Shown here: one piece after another, positions 9,303-16,871 of the stretch
How the letters are laid out: the number at the start of each line of letters is the position of its first letter
Position numbering within the stretch: position 1 is the first letter of the stretch
From: Candidatus Micrarchaeia archaeon
GTDB taxonomy: Archaea > Micrarchaeota > Micrarchaeia > CAILAH01
Length of the DNA stretch: 25,441 nt
Direction of reading: 5' to 3'
NCBI GenBank assembly: GCA_049970015.1
Contig: JBMFNT010000006.1
Location: 8,637-34,077 of the forward strand
Program-made: the position numbers and the translations under genes
The notes under the pieces: model-generated
The model's database searches: none
The model's input: only the letters and a program-made list of their open reading frames with translations
Told to the model about the DNA's origin: nothing

Positions 9303-10345
9303 AGTTTTTTTACAGGCCTTCTGAGCATTCCGGGATCAATCCCTTCCTTGATTGCGGCCAGTATTCCTCCAACCTCCCAGTAATTATCTGCAATGATAAC
9401 ATTTTTCATCCTCATCTTTTTAGGAGTCACGTTCATAAGTGTTCTATTTTCCTTGACTGCAATTATAGGTATTCCGTGCCCGCTTGCAGTGATTGCAGGT
9501 ATACCACCCATACATCCATAAGGCATCACAACCACATCTACATCACTCACTTTTAAATCCCCTCCATTCTTAACTATCCTGGGTGCCCTGTCAAGCCCCT
9601 GAAGCACACAGCCCAGGTATGCCGGCCCTATCGCTTCAGCTGCAGCACGCGGGTCAACAATCCCGCTATGTGTTTCCTTATATATCTCATACTTGCTGAG
9701 CAGTGGTGCATGCGCTGCCGGTACACCAAACTGTTTTGTCACAAAGTGTGATATTATTGCCTCTGTACCACCATACGGATTTGCCCCTTTCCCTGCAAAA
9801 TAGGCCTTCAGGTCACGCATGTTTATTTTTATAGATAATGATACGGCAATGGCATCTGCACCTTTCTGGATTGCACGCGAACATGCCTCAACCAGCACAT
9901 CCTCATTCCTTATCTCTCCAACAAATGAACCACTACGTGTCTTGACAGCACGCGCATCCACATTTTCTTGCGTTTCAAAAATTCCGATAATATCTATCCC
10001 TGCCACAGTTCTCATAGTATTTATTGTGTTTATTGCAAGATCATAACTTTCCTTTTCCATCCCAGAATCAAGCACAACCCCTATCCTATTCTTTTCAACT
10101 TCCTTGAGTTCAATCTCTCCTCTAAAAAACTTATCAAGCGTATACCCTTCAACATAAAGCACATTCTTTTTTGCAAGGTTGAGTGCCACCCCATTAACTA
10201 CATTTGGGTGTGATATAACCTTATCTGCTATTGATGCAATCATATTAGTTGCAGGTGTTGCATCTCCAACATATCCCCCCACTTCTGCTTTTATACCAGT
10301 TGGTATTATGTGTGCCACAACAAACTGGTTTGGCATTATTATCAT
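9287..10345 (-). CDS. DUF3326-family protein
   Basis: IIPTGIKAEVGGYVGDA, HPNVVNG, YVEGYTLD, GGTEAIISH, PAAHAP, DPRAAAE, CVLQGLDRAP motifs recognised as DUF3326. Confidence 0.85.
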   Translation of the reverse strand: MIIMPNQFVVAHIIPTGIKAEVGGYVGDATPATNMIASIADKVISHPNVVNGVALNLAKKNVLYVEGYTLDKFFRGEIELKEVEKNRIGVVLDSGMEKESYDLAINTINTMRTVAGIDIIGIFETQENVDARAVKTRSGSFVGEIRNEDVLVEACSRAIQKGADAIAVSLSIKINMRDLKAYFAGKGANPYGGTEAIISHFVTKQFGVPAAHAPLLSKYEIYKETHSGIVDPRAAAEAIGPAYLGCVLQGLDRAPRIVKNGGDLKVSDVDVVVMPYGCMGGIPAITASGHGIPIIAVKENRTLMNVTPKKMRMKNVIIADNYWEVGGILAAIKEGIDPGMLRRPVKKLWGFG

Positions 10346-10346
10346 C

Positions 10347-10514
10347 TCACTTTACAAACGACACATCAACCACAAATGCCCTCTTCTTTACATCAACAAT
10401 CGCATACCTTAGTATATCTCCACCAGTAATCTTCCTAAGCTCACGCTCTATGTGCCCGAGCAGGTCTGTGTAGCTGTATGGCTTTTTTATATTAAACCTT
10501 CTTGAAATTATCAC
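10347..10514 (-). CDS. Small hypothetical protein (55 aa), not in the ORF track
   Basis: GTG at 10514 to TGA at 10347 reads MIISRRFNIKKPYSYTDLLGHIERELRKITGGDILRYAIVDVKKRAFVVDVSFVK; stop lies 1 bp from the DUF3326 ATG. Confidence 0.75.
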   Translation of the reverse strand: MIISRRFNIKKPYSYTDLLGHIERELRKITGGDILRYAIVDVKKRAFVVDVSFVK

Positions 10515-10564
10515 AGTTATAATTCATTACAACAAAATAAAAATGTTCATGCAGATCTGATACC

Positions 10565-11029
10565 ATGAGTAAATTTATGGATGAAGCAATTAAGGAAGCA
10601 TTGAGAGGTGTTAAAAACAATCATGGTGGGCCTTTTGGTGCAGTTCTGGTTAGAAATGGTAAAATAATCTCAAAGGGGCACAATATGGTATTATACACAA
10701 TGGACCCTACTGCACACGCAGAAATGGTTGCAATAAGGAAGGCATCAAAAAAACTAGGTAGATTCAACCTTTCAGATTGTGCAATATATACGGTGTCTGA
10801 GCCATGCCCTATGTGCATGGGTGCAATACTGTGGGCGCGGATACGTAAAGTATTCTATGGATGTTCGATGAAAGATGCGCGCAAGATTGGGTTTGATGAC
10901 AGGAAGTTCATGGACATAATCTGCCATAAGCAATGCAAAGGAAATATAATAAAGAGACAGGTTGGCCGATCACAATGCCTGAGGGTATTTGATGAATGGT
11001 ATACATACCCAAACAGGAAGATGTATTAG
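10565..11029 (+). CDS. guaD: Zn-dependent nucleoside/nucleobase deaminase, GuaD-like guanine deaminase
   Basis: GGPFGAV, AHAE, EPCPMC and GFDD motifs. Confidence 0.8.
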   Translation: MSKFMDEAIKEALRGVKNNHGGPFGAVLVRNGKIISKGHNMVLYTMDPTAHAEMVAIRKASKKLGRFNLSDCAIYTVSEPCPMCMGAILWARIRKVFYGCSMKDARKIGFDDRKFMDIICHKQCKGNIIKRQVGRSQCLRVFDEWYTYPNRKMY

Positions 11030-11147
11030 TGTTTGAAGAAGCAATTGACATGATAGAACATGGATAACATTAGAAGCATTTGTCTGCACTTGTGCTTAAA
11101 CAACAATTTTAAAAGTCTCTATATTATATCTATATTTAGGCGATTTC

Positions 11148-12308
11148 GTGTTGACTTTTGATGATGTAAAGCAAATTATTTTCAAGCAAAATGCATGGCG
11201 CAACTCCTGCATCAATCTAATAGCATCTGAAAATATAATGCTAACAGAAGTAGAGCCATTTTATTCAAATGATTTTATGCATAGATATGCTGAAGGCCTC
11301 CCTTTTAACAGATACTATAATGGCACAAAATATATTGATTGTATTGAACAAGAATGCCAAGAATATTTTAAGAAAAAGTTCAAAGTATCAGTTTGTGATG
11401 TCAGGCCGATTTCAGGAGCAATTGCTAACTTGGCAGTGTTTTCCTCATTGAGGAAAACTGGAAAGGTTATAACAAATTCTCTGCCTTCTGGTGGACACAT
11501 AACTCATAACAAAATGGGTACTTTAGGAAGAATTTTAAACTACGATATCAGAAATTTTCCACAGTCATATGAAAATCCTTTTGTTTCCGATGTTGATAAG
11601 AGCATAAAAATGATTAGAGAGATCGATCCTGATTTTATTGTTTTAGGTAAATCTATGTTTTTATTTCCAGAACCAATAAGAGAAATAAGACAGGAGTTTC
11701 CAGAATTAAAAATAGTATACGATTCCGCACATGTTTTTGGGTTGGTTTATCAAGGTGAATTTCAAAAGCCATTTGAAGAAGGAGCAGACATAGTTACTGC
11801 ATCAACACACAAAACATTTCCTGGGCCACAAGGTGGATTAATTCTATCAAAAGATTTTACAGAATTCGACAAATTCGTGTTTCCAGGAATTGTTTCAAAC
11901 CATCACTTGCACCGTTTACCCGTTTTGTTAATGACTGCAATATTATTAGATGAAAAATACAAAGACTACGGAAAAAAAGTTATTGAGAATGCAAAACACT
12001 TTGCACAAGAACTAAGCTCACTAGGTTTTGATGTTTGTTGTGAAAAACAAGGGTTTACACAAAGCCATCAAGTTGTATTAGATGTTACAAAAATAGGTGG
12101 TGGGCAATTGGTTGCAAATAAATTAGAAAAGAATAATATTATAGTTAATAAAAATTCTTTACCTTGGGACAAAAGCGTTATTAATCCTAACGGGATTAGA
12201 ATAGGTGTGCAAGAGATGACTTTACGAGGAAATACAAAATCCGATTTTTCCAATCTTGCAGATAAGTTTAAGAAAATACTTTTGAATGGAGGTAGTCACA
12301 GTGTTTAG
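11148..12308 (+). CDS. glyA: Serine hydroxymethyltransferase (archaeal type)
   Basis: LIASEN, YAEG..RYY, DSAH, TASTHKTFPGPQGG (PLP lysine), GIRIGVQEMT. Confidence 0.93.
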   Translation: MLTFDDVKQIIFKQNAWRNSCINLIASENIMLTEVEPFYSNDFMHRYAEGLPFNRYYNGTKYIDCIEQECQEYFKKKFKVSVCDVRPISGAIANLAVFSSLRKTGKVITNSLPSGGHITHNKMGTLGRILNYDIRNFPQSYENPFVSDVDKSIKMIREIDPDFIVLGKSMFLFPEPIREIRQEFPELKIVYDSAHVFGLVYQGEFQKPFEEGADIVTASTHKTFPGPQGGLILSKDFTEFDKFVFPGIVSNHHLHRLPVLLMTAILLDEKYKDYGKKVIENAKHFAQELSSLGFDVCCEKQGFTQSHQVVLDVTKIGGGQLVANKLEKNNIIVNKNSLPWDKSVINPNGIRIGVQEMTLRGNTKSDFSNLADKFKKILLNGGSHSV

Positions 12309-13872
12309 CGATGATGAACAAAAAGTTTTATCACATTTTTTTACTAACACAACAGAAAATGTTTTTGCATTGATTAATTTGCCAGAAGTAGTAAAAGGTG
12401 CTTTATTTGCAAGATATAGTAGGTCTGACAAGGATCTGCGTAGTCTATTTTTATCTGATTTTCTTAATGACATAGAATTCAAAAACATTGTTGGTAACGT
12501 AAATAATATTGATGATCAATTATCAGCAATAAAAAAAGCAGAAGATTTTTATGATAGAATTTTGGTGCAGTTTGGACATGATTCTGTTGCAGAGTTGAGC
12601 GGAGCGCATGTTGCCTTAGAAAACATCTCAAATTTAGCAGCAAAGTTTGTGGAAGACACAAGAATTGGCATAAGTCCTTTAGAAAAATCAAGCAGGTATG
12701 TTTATTTTAATAAAAAAGTAAATGGAAAATATGCTTATTACAGAGATTCTGAAATAATGGCTTCGAAATATGCTGATGATTATGTTAATGCCATGGACTT
12801 TTTGTTTGATACTTATTCTGAATTATTGTGGATTGTGCGAGATTATTTTGCTAAAAAATTGCCAAACAATGAAAACTTATCTGATAGGGCTTTTGAAGCT
12901 GTGCTGAGAGCAAAAACATGTGATACTATTAGAGGATTACTTCCAGCATCTACATTGACAAACGTTGGTTTATTCGGTAATGGTAGAGCATTCGAATATT
13001 TATTAATAAAGATGCAGGCATCAAACTTAGACGAAATAAAAAACCTGGGAGATAAAATCTATATAGAGTTGAATAAAGTATTTCCATCCTTTGTGAAAAG
13101 AAGCAGAAGCGAATTTGGGAAAGCTACTGTTGATTATTTAAAAACAATAAAATATCCGCAGAGTGATAGCATAACAAAAGACAAAAAAAGAGTTACTCTG
13201 CTCCATTATGATAAAGATGCTGAAATAAGAGTATTATCAAAAATATGTTATCTGAAATCTGGATTATCGCTTGCGGATGCAATAAAAATTGTTAAACAAA
13301 TGTCTGTTGGTGAGAGGAAGAAATTGCTAGCAGAGTATTGTGGTGTAAGAACAAATAGGAGACACAAACCGTTTAGAGCTTTTGAAAATACTGATTATAC
13401 TTTTGAATTGGTAGGTAATTTTGGGGCGTATAGAGATTTACAGAGACACAGAATTTTGACACAAGAAAGACAGTTATTAACAACGCATTTCGGTTATGAT
13501 ATTCCGAAGGATTTAATACTTGCAGGTTGTGATAGAGAATATAAAAAAGCATTAGATAATGCAAACAAATTATATCTGGATTTAGCAAAAATATCAAAAG
13601 AGAAAGCACAATATTGTGTGCCTTTTGCATACAATCTGCGTTGGTATGTAAAGTTCAATCTGCGTGAGGCATACCATTTGTTTGAGTTAAGAACAACAAG
13701 ACAAGGCCACCCTGATTATAGAAAACTGTGTCAAGAAATGTATCGCCAAATTCTGAAAGTACATCCAAATCTTTTGGAGCCCATGAAATTTATAGATTTA
13801 AGAGATTATGATTTTGAAAGATTGGAATCAGAAAAACAAATTGATAAACGGTTGCAGGAAATCAAGAAGTAG
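12286..13872 (+). CDS. thyX: Flavin-dependent thymidylate synthase, tandem-domain type (likely start GTG 12301 after GGAGGT)
   Basis: FGHDSVAEL, EKSSRY, RDLQRHR, NLREAYHLFELRT..QGHPDYR; about 525 aa, consistent with a double ThyX fold. Confidence 0.92.
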   Translation: MEVVTVFSDDEQKVLSHFFTNTTENVFALINLPEVVKGALFARYSRSDKDLRSLFLSDFLNDIEFKNIVGNVNNIDDQLSAIKKAEDFYDRILVQFGHDSVAELSGAHVALENISNLAAKFVEDTRIGISPLEKSSRYVYFNKKVNGKYAYYRDSEIMASKYADDYVNAMDFLFDTYSELLWIVRDYFAKKLPNNENLSDRAFEAVLRAKTCDTIRGLLPASTLTNVGLFGNGRAFEYLLIKMQASNLDEIKNLGDKIYIELNKVFPSFVKRSRSEFGKATVDYLKTIKYPQSDSITKDKKRVTLLHYDKDAEIRVLSKICYLKSGLSLADAIKIVKQMSVGERKKLLAEYCGVRTNRRHKPFRAFENTDYTFELVGNFGAYRDLQRHRILTQERQLLTTHFGYDIPKDLILAGCDREYKKALDNANKLYLDLAKISKEKAQYCVPFAYNLRWYVKFNLREAYHLFELRTTRQGHPDYRKLCQEMYRQILKVHPNLLEPMKFIDLRDYDFERLESEKQIDKRLQEIKK

Positions 13873-14017
13873 AGATTTTCTTCTTTTCTTTACAAACAAA
13901 AAATTAGACTGTGGATTGATTGAATTTCCCTGCCACAATTTATTCATAGTCATCCGGAAAGCATTATAGGATTTGATGGGTTTCATATTAAATAATTGTT
14001 TGCTAGAACATGATATT

Positions 14018-14179
14018 ATGGCAAGGTATAGATGTACAGTATGCGGATATGTTTATGATGAGGATGAGGGAGATCCGGATTCTATGATAGACCCAGGCAC
14101 TCTGTTTGATGAAATCCCAGATGACTGGAAATGTCCAGTGTGCGGTGCACCAAAATCAGCATTTGAACCTGTGGAATAA
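14018..14179 (+). CDS. Rubredoxin (53 aa)
   Basis: CTVCGYVYD...PGTLF...[16 protein letters not shown]. Confidence 0.95.
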   Translation: MARYRCTVCGYVYDEDEGDPDSMIDPGTLFDEIPDDWKCPVCGAPKSAFEPVE

Positions 14180-14342
14180 ATCACTGAAAATCCTTGTGTA
14201 TCATTGATGGTAGAGGCCCTTTCTGCCCTGAATATTTGTTATTCCTATATCAGCATTTGAACCTGTGGAATAAATCACTGAAAATCCTTGTGTATCATTG
14301 ATGGTAGAGGCCCTTTCTGCCCAGAATATTTGTTATTCCTAT
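14155..14342. repeat. Two-copy 94-bp tandem repeat spanning the convergent rubredoxin and dcd 3' ends
   Basis: 14155-14248 and 14249-14342 are identical except for T14229 vs A14323. Confidence 0.95.
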
Positions 14343-14841
14343 TATCATCATATCCATGTTCTGGAGGAGTTCCATGCCTCATGAAAGAGATCTGTGCAAT
14401 TTTCATCTTGTTATAAAGGTATACTGGGTTGGGGTTTACTGAAGAAATCTCAAGTGTCAGTGTAGATGGCTGCTTGTACCCCCACCCAGCGTGCACAAGG
14501 CCAGCAGTCATATGTACAACTATTCCCAGCCTTCCTATTGATGACCTGCCTTCCAGTTGTGCAGTAATGTTTCTTGACAGACCAATCTTTTCATATGTGC
14601 TTCCGAGCACAAAGTCTCCAGGCTTTATAGCATAGGGCCCATCATCAAGATATATTTCATCAAATTCCATACCAATCTCAACTCTCGGATCAACAATTTT
14701 TCCTGTCTTTTTTGCGATAAGGAGTTTGTTGCCAAGCCGTATATCTATACTATCAGGCCCAAGGTTTTCACTCTCAAACCCCTGGAGTATTATCTCACCG
14801 TTCCTTATAGCCTTCTCAATCTCTATATTGCTCATTATCAT
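14275..14841 (-). CDS. dcd: dCTP deaminase
   Basis: PDSIDIRLG, LEGRSSIGRLG, HMTAG, LTLEI, KIAQISF, KYSGQKGP. ATG 14841 preferred over GTG 14859. Confidence 0.9.
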   Translation of the reverse strand: MIMSNIEIEKAIRNGEIILQGFESENLGPDSIDIRLGNKLLIAKKTGKIVDPRVEIGMEFDEIYLDDGPYAIKPGDFVLGSTYEKIGLSRNITAQLEGRSSIGRLGIVVHMTAGLVHAGWGYKQPSTLTLEISSVNPNPVYLYNKMKIAQISFMRHGTPPEHGYDDNRNNKYSGQKGPLPSMIHKDFQ

Positions 14842-14896
14842 ATTACTATTTAGGACCACATTAACTATTTATTTTTACTTACATATCTCATACCAT

Positions 14897-15619
14897 ATGC
14901 GTTTCTACAGAGGCCAATCATCAATAGAGCTTATATCAATACTTTCAGTGGCACTACTTGTTCTGGGCGTACTCTTGGTGACCTCACGCTCGGCATTTGA
15001 GGATATGCAGAATGCACTGGCGTCAAAGATGACAGAGAACAGCCTGACACAGCTTAGCATGAACGCAAAGATGGCATACAGCGGAGGCCCAGGCAGTATA
15101 TTGAGGACAACTCTACATATTCCGGATACAGTGATCAGCAATGAATCTTATGCCTATGATGGAATAGTCAACATACGACTCGAGCATAAGTATGGTGTCA
15201 AGGACATCCCTCAGAAGTTTGATATCCCGATTACCAGCAACCTTAACTTCAGGCCAGGTGATTATGATGTGTACTCAATATCCCACAACGGATATGTATT
15301 CCTTACTGAGAACCCATCTCTTTCAGTTGACAGGGTTATCATTTATTTTGACCAGAAGGTTGGTGACGCTTCTGAGAAGGAGGTAGCAGTTATGAACCCA
15401 GGATTTTCAGAGTCGCACATAAAAGTTGAGATGGATGACAAGCTTAGGCAGGCAGGCCTTGCAGTGGATTGGACATTGAGGAGTATTGGTCCAGGAAAGA
15501 GCACACCTCTCAAATTGTCATTCAGCTCCAATCAACCAATTTTGACATCTGGAAACATAACCCTAAAATCCGATTCTGGAGAGTATGAAAAGATAACCGT
15601 GCGCATAAATGTTCAGTGA
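14897..15619 (+). CDS. Class III signal-peptide (type IV pilin-like) protein with a probable C-terminal beta-sandwich domain
   Basis: From ATG 14897: MRFYRG/QSSIELISILSVALLVLGVLL (RG-Q cleavage site, +5 Glu, hydrophobic helix). Confidence 0.75.
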   Translation: MRFYRGQSSIELISILSVALLVLGVLLVTSRSAFEDMQNALASKMTENSLTQLSMNAKMAYSGGPGSILRTTLHIPDTVISNESYAYDGIVNIRLEHKYGVKDIPQKFDIPITSNLNFRPGDYDVYSISHNGYVFLTENPSLSVDRVIIYFDQKVGDASEKEVAVMNPGFSESHIKVEMDDKLRQAGLAVDWTLRSIGPGKSTPLKLSFSSNQPILTSGNITLKSDSGEYEKITVRINVQ

Positions 15620-16011
15620 TGCTTATGACATACCTTGCAAATGGGCAGATTGTGTTCGATTTTCTGCTTTCACTTACTGCATTATCTTTGTTATTTATGC
15701 TCATTTTCTCGGTTATTATGGCACAGGCTGATCAGTGGAACAGAAACTCAGAATTACTTTTTATGGAGCGCACATGCGAGATGATTTCAAGCAGGGCTAT
15801 GGAAGCATACATAAATGGAGATGGTTATTCTGGAACATTCTACACACGATTACCATTGACACTTTACAATGGCAATGAAATAGTAATATCTGAATCATAC
15901 ATCTGCTTCCTACCAACAACCTACTCAGTAAAGAACCCACTCGAGAGCGTTGATGGTGAATTCAGAATAAAAAATGAGAATGGAATTGTTATTGTTGAGA
16001 GAATAGTGTGA
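15616..16011 (+). CDS. Second pilin-like protein (degenerate class III signal)
   Basis: NG/QIVFDFLLSLTALSLLFMLIF, then A(Y)xxGDGYS; coupled to the upstream pilin-like gene. Confidence 0.6.
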   Translation: MMLMTYLANGQIVFDFLLSLTALSLLFMLIFSVIMAQADQWNRNSELLFMERTCEMISSRAMEAYINGDGYSGTFYTRLPLTLYNGNEIVISESYICFLPTTYSVKNPLESVDGEFRIKNENGIVIVERIV

Positions 16012-16375
16012 CGGCTTTCTTGTAATCCTCTGGGTCTATCGCCACAACAGTCTTGTCATTCTCTTTGCCGATTATGTATACCGCTCTCAGGTTTATTTTT
16101 TCCTTTGACAGCTTCTTTGCAACCTTGTAAAGCTCACCTGGTCTGTCAGGCAGTTTCAGCACTATTATGTCATTGACTGTTGCATTAAATCCAGCACGGC
16201 TTAATTCGTTCAATGCTGTGTTCACATCAGCGGTCAGCAGCCTTATTACCCCTGTCTTGTCAAACCCCTGTGCAGAGATGGATATTATGTTTATACCGCT
16301 TCTTCCTATCGCTTCAGTCACGTCTGCAAGGGCACCTACTCGGTTATCTACAACCACAGTTATCTGTTTCATCAT
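15989..16375 (-). CDS. Tandem ACT-domain protein
   Basis: VDNRVGALADVTEAIGRSGINI and LPDRPGELYKVAKKLSKEKINL repeats. Confidence 0.88.
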   Translation of the reverse strand: MMKQITVVVDNRVGALADVTEAIGRSGINIISISAQGFDKTGVIRLLTADVNTALNELSRAGFNATVNDIIVLKLPDRPGELYKVAKKLSKEKINLRAVYIIGKENDKTVVAIDPEDYKKAVTLFSQQ

Positions 16376-16418
16376 GCATAAATAGACACCATAAACTTAT
16401 ATTAAGGTTTTGCAGGTA

Positions 16419-16499
16419 CGCTGGGGGTGGGATTCGAACCCACGCGGGCATTGCCCACAAGCTTAGCAGGCTTGCGCCATACCTCTAGGCGACCCCAGC
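16419..16499 (-). tRNA. tRNA-Ser(GCT), intronless, CCA not encoded
   Basis: Acceptor GCTGGGG/CCCCAGC with discriminator G, anticodon arm CAAGC-CTGCTAA-GCTTG, long variable arm GGGCAATGCCC, T arm GTGGG-TTCGAAT-CCCAC. Confidence 0.95.
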
Positions 16500-16520
16500 A
16501 CATTAGTATCTTTCTTTTCC

Positions 16521-16527
16521 TATTTAA
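16521..16527 (-). promoter_or_regulatory. TATA box of tRNA-Ser
   Basis: TTAAATA about 22-28 nt upstream of the tRNA 5' end. Confidence 0.55.
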
Positions 16528-16549
16528 GGAAAAAGAGCCATCCAAACAC

Positions 16550-16821
16550 GTGGCGGATTCACCAGGCTTGAAAACATACCTATTGTAAGGGTACCCTCCC
16601 AGCCAACTCCCTCCTGTTGGCTTGCGGCACGGAACGCAAGACTTAGGGCTGCTCCTTCCGGCCTGACCCGGTTTGTCATGCGAACCGCCGCGCAAGGCAG
16701 GAGATCCACATTGGGCAGGGAGGCCTTGCAATAAACATGCTTCCTCACCTGGCTTTTCGGCCCCGCCATAAAGAGGATTTGCGGTTACAGGAGACCTCTT
16801 CCCTCCCAGCCTATCCGCCAC
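16550..16821 (-). ncRNA. Archaeal SRP (7S) RNA, about 272 nt
   Basis: Helix 8 GGGTCAGGCCGGAAGGAGCAGCCC; terminal helix GTGGCGGAT/ATCCGCCAC; Alu domain with TGTAA linker and complementary loops AAGAGG/CCTCTT. Confidence 0.93.
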
Positions 16822-16841
16822 TATAATAAGGGTTTATAATG

Positions 16842-16849
16842 TATTTAAA
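16842..16849 (-). promoter_or_regulatory. TATA box of SRP RNA
   Basis: TTTAAATA about 21-28 nt upstream of the RNA 5' end. Confidence 0.55.
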
Positions 16850-16871
16850 CATTCCAATCGATGTTTTACTC

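Noticed and set aside
11028..11100. Short GAAGCAATT/GAAGCATT echoes of the deaminase 5' end and a tiny ORF-like stretch
   Set aside because: Matches are too short to separate from chance in AT-rich DNA.
14726..14896. N-terminal extension of the 297-aa ORF
   Set aside because: It overlaps dcd on the opposite strand; the class III signal begins at ATG 14897.
16376..16499. tRNA-Ser as an integration site
   Set aside because: No duplicated tRNA 3' end and no integrase seen in the window.
16402..16821. 139-aa and 81-aa minus-strand ORFs
   Set aside because: They lie over the GC-rich SRP RNA and tRNA-Ser genes, so they are shadow ORFs.
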